Position numbers and translations under genes: made by a program
Notes under the pieces: generated by a model
Databases searched by the model: none
What the model saw: only the letters and a program-made list of their open reading frames with translations
Told to the model about the DNA's origin: nothing
Shown: one piece after another, positions 1 to 11,520 of the stretch
Numbering within the stretch: the first letter of the stretch is position 1
Layout: the number at the start of each line of letters is the position of its first letter
DNA from: Macrostomum lignano
Taxonomy: Eukaryota
Direction: 5' to 3'
Assembly (NCBI GenBank): GCA_002269645.1
Contig: NIVC01001955.1
Span: 62,001 to 126,000, forward strand
Length of the DNA stretch: 64,000 nt

Positions 1-196
1 CCGCGTGCCTCAGCTCAGTGCCACCCTCCAGCGGCGCCGGCTGACCGAGCGTCTCCGACGGGGCCAAGGCCGGACCGCCACGCTTGAGTCTGACCTTCAA
101 GCCATTAACCTGACCCCACAATCTGTCACAAACTGTCCCTCTCGTCTCTTCTGCGAGCGCGTGCGCGCAAGATGCCTACCATAATCTTTGCGTCCT

Positions 197-760
197 TATA
201 TATATATATATATATATACTCACTCACTCACTCACTCACTCACTCACTCACTCACTCACTCACTCAATCACTCACTCACTCACTCAATCACTCACTCACT
301 CACTCACTCACTCACTCACTCACTCACTCACTCACTCACTCACTCACTCACTCACTTACTCACTCACTCACTCACTCACTTACTCACTCACTTACTCACT
401 CACTCACTCACTCACTTACTCACTCACTTACTCACTCACACACTCACTCACTCACTCACTCACTCACTCACTCAATCACTCACTCACTCACTCACTCACT
501 CACTCACTCACTCACTCACTCACTTACTCACTCACTTACTCACTCACTCACTCACTCACTCACTCACTCACTCACTTACTCACTCACTCACTCACTTACT
601 CACTCACTCACTCACTCACTCACTCACTCACTCAATCACTCACTCACTCACTCACTCACTCACTCACTCACTCACTTACTCACTCACTCACTCACTCACT
701 TACTCACTCACTTACTCACTCACTCACTCACTCACTCACTCACTCACTCACTCACTCACT
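197..760. repeat. (TA)n followed by (TCAC)n microsatellite
   Basis: About 22 bp of TA, then about 540 bp of TCAC with occasional TTAC/TCAA variants. Confidence 0.97.
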
Positions 761-1075
761 AACTGAGACTTAATAAATCGAAGACAATGAGCCAACTAGC
801 AGGTAAAGCAGCACTGCGGAGTGGCTAATCCCTATTTTTACACCAAGTTAAAATCTGCCCAAAGCTAAATTTGACATGGCCGAGCCCAGTAATTGTGTAG
901 CGAGTGCAGCGGTGACAAACCTCTGACTCAGCCGCCCACTGTGTGGCCTCCCATTGGACCGGAGCCGCCCCTGCCCTGCCCTCCGGAACTGCAGTTGAGC
1001 AAGGCGGGCTGGCTGGTCTATTGAAAAGTTGACAGATTTGTGGCTGCTGCGGACGAGCGGACAAGCCTCATCATC

Positions 1076-4000
1076 ATGTCGGCAGCTGGGAACGGCGGCG
1101 TCAGCCGCGCCAGAGGGCCAATCGCCGCGGCCAAGACCATCGTCATCAACCGGACACCTGCGGCGGCCGTCGCGACGACTTCTCGTCGAGGCGCTGGCGT
1201 CGGGATCGGCAGCTTCGTCGACTTGGTCGATGGCGCCACGGCGGCAGCGGCTGTGCGCAGCAGCTCGGCTGAGCTGAGCAGTGTGCTCACCGGCCGGCAA
1301 AAAGAGAAGCAGGAGATGCGCGAGCTGAACGAGCGGTTCGCCAGCTACACTGAGAAGGTGAGAATTGGCTACAGGTGAGATTGTGATTGCCGATGATGCA
1401 GTTTGAGTCCAGCTTCAATGTCTGATTTTGCCTACAATGTCCTTCTCAACGAGCTGCAAACACTTGATGCGGAAGCTTTGTCTGCAGTAGGCGCCGCTAA
1501 AAATCGGTGCAACAAAATCGGCCTTCAAAACCACCCTTACAATCGGGCTTCAAAACCACCCCAGATAATCGGCCCTGAAAACCACCCTGACAATCGGCCT
1601 TTAAAACCACCCCTAGGCAATCGGCTTTCAAAACCACCCAGATAATCGGCTTTCAAAACCACCCAGATAATCGGCCCTCAAAAACACCCTGACAATCGGC
1701 CCTCAAAGCCACCCTGACAATAGACCTTCAAAACCACCCTGACAATTGACCCTCAAAAACACCCTGACAATCGGCCCTCAAAGCCACCCTGACAATAGAC
1801 CTTCAAAAACACCCTGACAATCGGCCTTCAAAACCACCCCTAGGCAATCGGCTTTCAAAACCACCCAGATAATCGGCTTTCAAAACCACCCAGATAATCG
1901 GCTTTCAAAACCACCCAGATAATCGGCCCTCAAAAACACCCTGACAATCGGCCCTCAAAGCCACCGTGACAATAGACCTTCAAAACCACCCTGACAATTG
2001 ACCCTCAAAGCCACCCTGACAATAGACATTCAAAACCACCCTGACAATTGACCCTCAAAACCACCCCGACAATCGGCCCTCAAAGCCACCCTGACAATTG
2101 ACCCTCAAAACCACCCCGACAATCGGCCCTCAAAGCCACCCTGACAATAGACCCTCAAAAACACCCTGACAATCGGCTTTTTTCATCATCCTAAACAATA
2201 GGCATTTTAGTCAAGCAGAGAATCGGCCTTCAAAACCACACTAGGAATCATCCTTTAACCCTGTGAATTGGCCCTCTAAACTGTCACAAAATTTAGTTTT
2301 TTATGCACTAAAATCAAGCATAGATAGAATATTTGTTAGCTATCAAAGTCAACCCCGGTTCGAGCCGGACCCAGTCGCAGTTGAAACCGGCCAGTCCAAA
2401 AACTGGCTGTTTTACGACTCGCATCAGCCGCTATTAGAGGCTTGGCTAATCTCACGAGCTCAAATCGATGATGGGTTTCTCCTGCAACGGGGTGGAGGGA
2501 CAAAACCGCAGATTCCAAAGTAATTGTCGGAAGAGCCACTTTTGAGCGGCGGAACTCCGCTAGCAACAATTAGAGCTTCCCTCTGGCGCTACAAAACAGA
2601 GGCGCAGAGCCGGCGCAGGCTTCGGCTGTCAGTTCCAGTTTGCCTTTTTGAAGCGGGCCATGGACGGTCTGGCCGGAAACTCTCCAGACAGCGTAGGCAG
2701 CGGCTACCGGTCTTCTCCGGCTTTGCAGGTCCGCTTTTTGGAGGCCCAGAACCGGAAGCTGTCCGAGGAGCTGCGGAAGCTGCGCGAGTCCTGGGGCAAG
2801 GAGACGGAGAAGGTCAAGCAGCTGTACGAGTGCGAGCTGCAGCAGATGCGCCGGCTGCTTGAGGAGGCTGAGCAGTACAAGGCTGGGGCGGAGGTTCGAG
2901 TCACCTCGATGGGGGACCAGCTGAGCGAGCTGCAGCAGCTGTGAGTCTGGGTGGATGAGCCAGATAGATCTAGTCAGTGCAGACATCGCCGATATGTAGT
3001 GTAATTAACTTTACCAAGGAATTGAGAATCGTCCTCTCACCGCGCTTAGACTGGACGAGGCGAATCGTCAGCGCGCGGCCGACCGCGAAGCCGCCGACCG
3101 GCTCAGCCAGCAGGTGTCGGACGCCGAGGCGGAGACGTCGCTACTTCGACGTCGAGTGGCCGCCTTCGGCGAGGAGCGAGCCCGAGACCAGGCCGAGACG
3201 AAACGGCTTCGGCAGGAGGTGGCCCGGCTTCGACAGGTGCAATACGGGCGCTGTGGATCTCTCTCTTATGGGGTATCTCTTTCATGGGGTATCTCTCATG
3301 AGGTATCTCTCATGAGGTATCTCTCATGAGGTATCTCTCATGGGGTATCACTCATGGGGAATCTCTCTCTCGTGGGCATCTCTCTCTTATGAGGGATCCT
3401 TGGGTATCTCTTATGGGTCTCTCTCTCATGAGGGATCGCTGGGTATCTCACTTAAAGAATCTGTCATGGGGTATCTCTCTCATGGGTCTCTCTCTCATGG
3501 AGTATTTCTCTCATGGGTGTCTCTCTTTCATGGGTATCTCTCTCTCATGGAGTATCTCTTTCATGACGCATCTCTTTCTCATGAAGGATCCCTGGGTATC
3601 TATCCTTCATGGGATATCTCTTTGAGGGGTATTGCTTTGAGGTTGTCTCTGGGGTTATCTGTTGCATGGTATCTTTAGGGTATCGCCGGGGTATCTCTGG
3701 GGTTGTCTGTAAGGTATCTTTATCTACTTTGAGTATTTTTAGATTTATCGAAGATATATATGGGATATCTCATGGTTATCTGTCTGTGGTATCTTTCTTG
3801 GTGTTCTCTCAGATTCAGGTCAAGCGTACCGAAACAGCTCCAGTCTAAAAAGAATTTTTCTGGAGACAATTTTTTGTTTTGTTGAGCTCTCTTCTAAAAG
3901 CAGAAGATTGCTTGAATAGCAAGCAGCAAAATACCAGACAGGAGCTGCTCATCGCAGCTTCGCTTCTTCTGCTCTCAGTGCTCAGGCGAGTGGCTCTTCG

Positions 4001-7000
4001 TGCGCTCCCCCGCTGAGCTGCCTGCAGTTCGCTTTCCCTCAGTCTGTCTGTCTCTTGGCGTCTTTGAATCACTTTGTGCTGCTGCAGAGCAACGTGAAAA
4101 ACGCAAGCGGCTCGTAAAAGTTTTCTAAATGTTTTTTTGTTTTTATGAAGATTGACAGTCTGGTAGTTTTGATTGTGGATTGGTTAGTTTTGGAGTAGAT
4201 TTGAGGATTTTGAGGATGTATTGGTAGTTTTGAAGGTAGATTGGTACTTTTAAGGGTTAGTGTTAGCTTGAGACTAAATCCGTAGTTTTTAGGGTAAATT
4301 GGTAGATTGGAAGATTTTTCGGTAGATTGGTAGTTTGAGGGTAGATTGGTAGTTTGAGGGTAGATTGGTAGTTTGAGGGTAGATTGGTAGTTTGAGGGTA
4401 GATTGGTAGTTTGAGGGTAGATTGGTAGTTTGAGGGTAGATTGGTAGTTTGAGGGTAGATTGGTAGTTTGAGGGTAGATTGGTAGTTTGAGGGTAGATTG
4501 GTAGTTTGAGGGTAGATTGGTAGTTTGAGGGTAGATTGGTAGTTTGAGGGTAGATTGGTAGTTTGAGGGTAGATTGGTAGTTTGAGGGTAGATTGGTAGT
4601 TTGAGGGTAGATTGGTAGTTTTTTCTGGTAAATTGGTAGTTTTAATAGCGGATTAGTATTTTTATGGCAGATATGTTGTTCTAAGGGTTGCTTGAGGGTT
4701 AATTGTTAGCTTTGAGGGTTGATAGGCGGTTTTGCGGGTAGATTGGTACGGTATTGCAGAGAAACGCTCAATAAAAATGTAAGTGAATTTTATCCATATA
4801 CACTACCGGTATATCTACACTAAAGTTATTCTTAAAATCCAAATACTCGTAATCTACACAACGACTGAGGTGGTTGGACCCTCTTCACTCACCCACAGGA
4901 CCTGGACTCCGAGACCCTGGGTCACATCAACGCTGAGAACAGTGTCCAATCGCTGCGCGAGGAGCTGGAGTTTCAGCGCGCGCTGCACGAATCTGTGAGC
5001 GCTAAAACTGAAATAGCTAAAAACTACCAATTTATCCTCCTTAAAACTATCTAAAAACTATCCTCCTTAAAACCTACCAATCTACCCTCAAACCTACCAA
5101 TCTACCCTCAAACCTACCAATCTACCCTCAAAACTACCAATCTACCCTCAAAACTACCATTACCATCAAAGCTACCAATCTACCCTCAAAACTACAATCT
5201 ACCCTCAAAACTACAATCTACCCTCAAAACTACTATCTACCCTCAAAACTACCAATCTACCATCAAAACTACTATCTACCATCAAAACTACCATCTACCA
5301 TCAAAACTACCATCTACCCTTAAAACTACCATCTACCCTCAAAACTACCAATCTACCCTCATAAACTACCATCTACCCTCAAAACTACCAATCTACCCTC
5401 ATAAACTACCATCTACCATCAAAACTACCATCTACCCTCAAAACTACCATCTACCCTTAAAACTACCATCTACCCTCAAAACTACCAATCTACCCTCATA
5501 AACTACCATCTACCCTCAAAACTACCAATCTACCCTCATAAACTACCATCTACCATCAAAACTACCATCTACCCTCAAAACTACCATCTACCCTCAAAAA
5601 AGCTACCAATCTACCCTCAAAACTACCATCTACCATCAAACTACCAGTCTACCCTCAAAACTACCTTCTACCATATACCCTTAAAATTACCAACACGGCC
5701 ACGCCCAGGAGCTGAAGGAGCTGGCCGCCCTGGCCTACCGCGACACCACCGGGGAGAATCGCGAATTCTGGAAGGCCGAGATGGCCCAGGCTCTCAGCGA
5801 CATCCGGCGGGAATACGACTCCAAGTTGGAGGCCGCCCGCTCCGAGGTGGAGTCGCAGTACAGTCTGCGGGTGCAGGAGGCCCGCGCCGGCCGCAGCCGC
5901 GACTCGGCCGAGCTGACCCGCCTGCGGGAGGAGAACAAGCGGCTCAAGTCTCATCAGGCGGCCAGCCGCAGCCGCCTGCCCGAGCTCGAGGCCCGCAGCG
6001 CGCAGCTCGAGCGCGAACTCGACGAGATTCGACGCGAAGCCGAGGACGCCGAGCGCCAGTTTGAGATGGAGCACGGCCGCCTCCGCGCCGAGCTGGCCGG
6101 CGCCAACGCCACCCTGGAAGAGTACCTGGCCGAGGTGCAGAGCCTCACGGATGCCAAGCTCAGCCTGGAGCTGGAGATCCACGCCTACAGAAAACTGCTG
6201 GAGGGCGAGGAGATCCGGTGAGGACAGGCAGCTGGCTTCACTGCATCCTCTGCTCACCCCATCCTGCTCACCCCATCCTGCTCACCCCATCCTGCTCACC
6301 CCATCCTGCTCACCCCATCCTGCTCACCCCATCCTGCTCACCCCATCCTGCTCACCCCATCCTGCTCACCCCATCCTGCTCACCCCATCCTGCTCACCCC
6401 ATCCTGCTCACCCCATCCTGCTCACCCCATCCTGCTCACCCCATCCTGCTCACCCCATCCTGCTCACCCCATCCTGCTCACCCCATCCTGCTCACCCCAT
6501 CCTGCTCACCCCATCCTGCTCACCCCATCCTGCTCACCCCATCCTGCTCACCCCATCCTGCTCACCCCATCCTGCTCACCCCATCCTGCTCACCCCATCC
6601 TGCTCACCCCATCCTGCTCACCCAATTCTGCTCGCCCCATCCTGCTCACCCCATCCTGCTCACCCCATCCTGCAGCTCACCCCATCCTGCTCACCCCATC
6701 CTGCTCACCCCATCCTGCTCACCCCATCCTACAGCTCATCCCATCCTACAGCTCACCCCGTCCTACAGCTCACCCCATCCTACAGCTCACCCCATCCTAC
6801 AGCTCACCCCATCCTACAGCTCACCCCGTCCTACAGCTCACCCCATCCTACAGCTCACCCCATCCTGCTCACCCCATCCTGCTCACCCCATCCTACAGCT
6901 CATCCCATCCTACAGCTCACCCCGTCCTACAGCTCACCCCATCCTACAGCTCACCCCATCCTACAGCTCACCCCATCCTACAGCTCACCCCATCCTACAG

Positions 7001-10000
7001 CTCACCCCATCCTGCTCACCCCATCCTACAGCTCACCCCATCCTGCTCACCCCATCCTGCTCACCCCATCCTGCTCACCCCATCCTGCTCACCCCATCCT
7101 GCTCACCCCATCCTGCTCACCCCATCCTGCTCACCCCATCCTATTTCTAAGCCTTGCAATACTTCAGTACATCTATTGAGCAGACAATAAGCATTAATCT
7201 GCATCCGAACACACAAACCTGAGCCAGCCTGAACAATGAAAGACTCAGCCGAGAGTCAGTCTCCACCCGGCTGATGGAGCGCGAGCAGACAGTGAGCACC
7301 ACTGAGCAGCGCAATCAAGGTATCCCAGCAACTGCGAGGCAGACAGAGACTAACCATAGCTAAGCTAAAAAACCAAAACTCACTTGCTGATGGGCACATT
7401 TATAAACTTCTAACACAACTGTCTTCCTTCTTCCTAAATCTCCCCTAGAATTTTTATCCTCGTCGCGCCCCCGAAACCCCAGACTGAAGCCCGAGGCCAA
7501 GGCGGAGGCGGAGTCGCTCATGAACGATGTCACTCATGCCACCGCGGCTGAGCTGCCAGAGCCGCCACCGCCGCCGCCACTGTCGCAGACGCAGCAGCAG
7601 CAGACTCCGAAGTCACCTTTGAAGTCGCCGACTCAACCGTCGCTGCCTCCGCCGCCGGAGCCGAAGGCTTTGAAGTCGCCGAAGAAGACGCCGCCTCCAC
7701 CGCCTCCGCCGCCGCCACCGCCGCCTCTGCGGCAGGCAGATGGAGACGGCGCCTCCGCCGCAGGTCTCTTGCAGAGTGGCTCTCTAAAAGCAGAAATTTC
7801 TGTGTCGTGTCTTGCCTGCGCCTTCTTCACATTCTATTAACTGCTTTGGTCTGCTGCTCATTCCTTCTTGTTACTTTTAGTAGCATGAAATGCTGATTTT
7901 ATATTCATTTGCTTTTGAGAGAAAACGTTTTGATAACTATTGATGCTTGGTCTTATGAGCATGCGACTGAGTAACTGATTGAGTTTACCCGTCCTGCATT
8001 CTCCAAGGTTCTGCGAGGCAGCAAAGTGAGTCCAAGGCATAACTTATAGCTCGTGTCCTCTGTTCCATGCTGCTTCATTTCGGCTCGCGAGTTTTAACCG
8101 TGTTGCTGCGATTGTGGCGTAGATGGGTAGTTTGTGACGTAGATGGATAGTTTGTGATGTAGATGGGTAGTTTGCGATGTAGATGGGTAGTTTGTGATGT
8201 AGATGGGTAGTTTGTGGTGTAGATGGGTAGTTTGTGATGTAAATGGGTGGTTTGTGGTGTAGATAGGTAGTTTGTGGTGTAGATGGGTAGTTTGTGGTGT
8301 AGATGGGTAGTTTGTGATGTAAATGGGTAGTTTGTGGTGTAGATGGGTAGTTTGTGGTATAGATGGGTAGTTTGTGATGTTGATGAGGAGTTTGTGATGT
8401 TGATGAGGAGTTTGTGATGTAGATGGGTAGTTTGTGGTGTAGATGGGTAGTTTGTGATGTAAATGGGTAGTTTGTGATGTAAATGGGTAGTTTTTGGTGT
8501 AGATGGGTAGTTTGTGGTGTAGATGGGTAGTTTGTGGTGTAGATGGGTAGTTTGTGATGTAGATGGGTAGTTTGTGGTGTAGATGGGTAGTTTGTGATGT
8601 AAATGGGTAGTTTGTGATGTAAATGGGTAGTTTTTGGTGTAGATGGGTAGTTTGTGGTGTAGATGGGTAGTTTGTGGTGTAGATGGGTAGTTTGTGATGT
8701 AGATGGGTAGTTTGTGGTGTAGATGGGTAGTTTGTGGTGTAGATGGGTAGTTTGTGATGTAGATGGGTAGTTTGTGGTGTAGATGGGTAGTTTGTGATGT
8801 AAATGGGTAGTTTGTGATGTAAATGGGTAGTTTGTGATGTTGATGAGGAGTTTGTGATGTTGATGAGGAGTTTGTGATGTGGATAGGAAGTTTGTGATTT
8901 TGATGGGTAGTCTGTGATGTAGATGGGTAGTTTGTGGTGTAGATGGGTAGTTTGTGATGTAAATGGGTAGTTTGTGATGGAAATGGGTAGTTTTTGGTGT
9001 AGATGGGTAGTTTGTGGTGTAGATGGGTAGTTTTTGGTGTAGATGGGTAGTTTGTGATGTAGATGGGTAGTTTGTGGTGTAGATGGGTAGTTTGTGATGT
9101 AAATGGGTAGTTTGTGATGTAAATGGGTAGTTTGTGGTGTAGATGGGTAGCTTGTGATGTAGATGGGTAGTTTGTGATGTAGATGGGTAGTTTGTGATGT
9201 TGATGAGGGGTTTGTGATGTTGATGAGGAGTTTGTGATGTGGATAGGAAGTTTGTGATTTTGATGGGTAGTCTGTGATGTAGATGGGTAGTTTGGGATGT
9301 AGATGGTTAGTTTTGGTGTAGATGGGTAGTTTTGGTGTAGATGGGTAGTTTTGGTGTAGATGGGTAGTTTTTTATGTAGATGGATAGTTTGGGATGTAGA
9401 TGGGTAGTTTGTGATGCGTTAGGCTTTTTATGTTGTAGATAGGTAGGTTGCTAACAGTTCTAACTAACATCTGCGATAAACAGTTTTATAGCTGAACTTA
9501 TAACACAAGCATAACAAGTCTTTTAGAACCGCAATCTGCTACCAAACAAGTTAAATGCGCACGAATAACAGGTCGCATATCAGGCGTTTAACCTGCTTAA
9601 CCTACTTTGCATATTGCTGCTCAGAGCCAATCCAACATTCTAATTCGAACTTCCACCCCACCCCGCATGGCAGTCAACATTCTCAAGGGCGAGATGTCGG
9701 CCAAGACCACCTACCAGCGCACAGCCAAGGGCAGCACCAGCATCCAGGACTGCGGCTGCGATGGCAAGTTAGTCACCCTCGAGTTCACGGGAAAGAAGGT
9801 GAAAATTATTTAATCAGACATTGCAATCGAGGTACTTCATATGTAAAGCTGTTGTGTCTTTCCCGATTTTAGAAGGAAGACTTGAGCGACTGGACACTCG
9901 TAAGGAATATCGACAATGGCCGTCAGGTGGTGAAGTACACCTTTCCGAAGGGCACCGTGTTGGACACGACCTGCAAAACTATTAAGGTTGGGGGTGTATT

Positions 10001-10849
10001 ATCGTATTGATGTCAACTGAAGACCCTCCGTCACCTCAAAACTCAAGCCCTTACCCTCCATCACCTCAAAACTCAAGCCCTTACCCTCCGTCACCTCAAA
10101 ACTCTAGCCCTTACCCTCCGTCACCTCAAAACTCAACCCCTTACCCCCCGTCACCTCAAAACTCAACCCCTTACCCTCCGTCACCTCAAAACTCAACCTC
10201 TTACCCTCCGTCACCTCAAAACTCAAGCCCTTACCCTCCGTCACCTCAAAACTCAAGCCCTTACCCTCCGTCACCTCAAAACTCAAGCCCTTACCCTCCG
10301 TCACCTCAAAACTCAAGCCCTTACCCTCCGTCACCTCAAAACTCAACCCCTCCATCACCCACGCAATCACGCAGATCTGGGCCGCCGGTCAAAAGCCGCC
10401 CCCAGCGGAGTCCTCAGCCGCATCCGGTGGAACCAACACCGGCATCAAAGAGCTGGAGGCAGCCGAGCCCTCCTGGGGCATCGGCAGCAACATCCTGACC
10501 ACCCTGGCTAACGCCGATGGAGAGGTAGGGAGTGACGCAACCGCCTGGCAGACTGGGAGATTAAATTAAATCGTTTGGCAAGATAACAGGCCGCAAGAAT
10601 AATAGGGATGGCTGGCTTCGCATTGCGCAGCCATCAATCATTCAAGATTGAGCTCTATGAACGCTAAGGATTTGCTAGAATTGTTTAGCAAGTTTTGTAG
10701 CCGCCGACTTTTCTTTTTAACTGGTCTGCTTTTAAGTGTTAGTCAGTTGATGAGGCACAGAGTCTGGCATAGGCGCTATTTTACACACAACAATATTTTT
10801 CCAGGAGCGCGCCACCCACATCCAGAAGACAACTTATTCGGCCAGCTGA
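1076..10849 (+). CDS. Protostome-type cytoplasmic intermediate filament protein with lamin-tail domain, 10 exons, about 666 aa
   Basis: Exons 1076-1357, 2729-2940, 3050-3236, 4899-4994, 5709-6217, 7483-7763, 9674-9798, 9873-9986, 10375-10524, 10805-10849 are all GT-AG and total 2001 nt in frame. Coil 1A signature ELNERFASYTEK|VRFLEAQNRKL; coil 2 end LELEIHAYRKLLEGEEIR; GEMSAKTTYQRTAKG followed by an LTD (DWTLVR, YTFP, IWAAG, SWGIG); ends ERATHIQKTTYSAS* with no CaaX, so cytoplasmic rather than lamin. The exon 6/7 junction is the least certain. Confidence 0.9.
1501..2245. repeat. Degenerate ~26-bp minisatellite AATCGGCCYTCAAAACCACCCTGAC in IF intron 1
   Basis: Tandem copies visible directly in the sequence. 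Confidence 0.9.
3255..3790. repeat. Degenerate CTCATGGGGTATCT-type repeat in IF intron 3
   Basis: Recurrent TCTCTCATG(G/A)GGTA motifs starting about 20 nt after the donor at 3237. Confidence 0.85.
4321..4621. repeat. 19-bp minisatellite GGTAGATTGGTAGTTTGAG, about 16 near-perfect copies, IF intron 3
   Basis: Perfect tandem unit with degenerate flanks from about 4150 to 4750. Confidence 0.95.
5068..5680. repeat. 19-20-bp minisatellite CTCAAAACTACCAATCTACC, IF intron 4
   Basis: Tandem unit that is the reverse complement (one extra base) of the 4321-4621 array. Confidence 0.93.
6248..7141. repeat. 14-bp CCTGCTCACCCCAT minisatellite with 17-bp CCTACAGCTCACCCCAT variants, IF intron 5
   Basis: Tandem array beginning about 30 nt after the donor at 6218. 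Confidence 0.95.
8118..9415. repeat. 20-bp minisatellite GTAGATGGGTAGTTTGTG(A/G)T, IF intron 6
   Basis: About 65 tandem copies with variant blocks. Confidence 0.95.
10022..10352. repeat. 30-bp minisatellite CCCTTACCCTCCGTCACCTCAAAACTCAAG, IF intron 8
   Basis: About 11 copies ending just before the acceptor at 10374. Confidence 0.95.
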
Positions 10850-11077
10850 AGATGGCTATCTCGGCAGCTGAAATGAACTAACTATATTGATTACTGAATT
10901 TGGTCATTACTAATAGTATAACGACCTGAAATAATTTTCACGCACGTAGGCTTGGACCTTTAGGTTGCTGCACAACTAATAATTATTTACAGTTGAGTTA
11001 CTCGTACTTCTACGAAGTTTCTAATGATAGTTTAATTTCGTTAGCAATCACTGATAAACAAATCACAGGTCTGGAGG

Positions 11078-11520
11078 CGGTTGGGTTCTAGAGCGTACAT
11101 TGAGAGATGATTGGGGCGGGGGTTCCAGAGCGTAGATTGGGAGAGGATTGGGGGCGGGGTTCCAGAGCGTAGATTGGGAGACGATTGGGGGCGGGGGTTC
11201 CAGAGCGTACATTGAGAAAGGATTAGGGCTGGGGGAGGTTCCAGAGCGTACATTGAGAGAGGATTGGGGCTGGGGGGAAGGTTTCAGAGCGTACATTGAG
11301 AGAGGATTGGGCTGGGGGAAGGTTTCAGAGCGTACATTGAGAGAGGATTGGGGCTGGGGGGAAGGTTTCAGAGCGTACATTGAGAGAGGATTGGGCTGGG
11401 GGGAAGGTTTCATAGCGTACATTGAGAGAGGATTGGGCCGGGGGGGGGGGTTCCAGAGCGTACATTGAGTGAGGATTGGGGCGGGGGGGGGGTTCGAGAG
11501 CGTACATTGAGTGAGTCCCT
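11078..11520. repeat. G-tract-rich 36-40-bp minisatellite (CAGAGCGTACATTGAGAGAGGATTGGGGCTGGGGGAAGGTTT)
   Basis: About 11 copies, each with two runs of 3-10 G. Confidence 0.9.

Noticed and set aside
172-766. Long THSL/LTHS ORFs
   Set aside because: Translation of the (TCAC)n microsatellite.
2340-2400. tRNA or SINE at GGTTCGAGCC (about 2356)
   Set aside because: B-box only; no convincing A-box, cloverleaf or tail.
6061-7179. 372-aa and 310-aa SPHPAHPILLTP ORFs
   Set aside because: Translation of a 14-bp intronic satellite after a clear donor at 6218.
9625-9673. Upstream acceptor at 9624 for IF exon 7
   Set aside because: Phase 0 is incompatible with the phase-1 donor at 7764; the acceptor at 9673 restores the frame and has CTAAT about 30 nt upstream.
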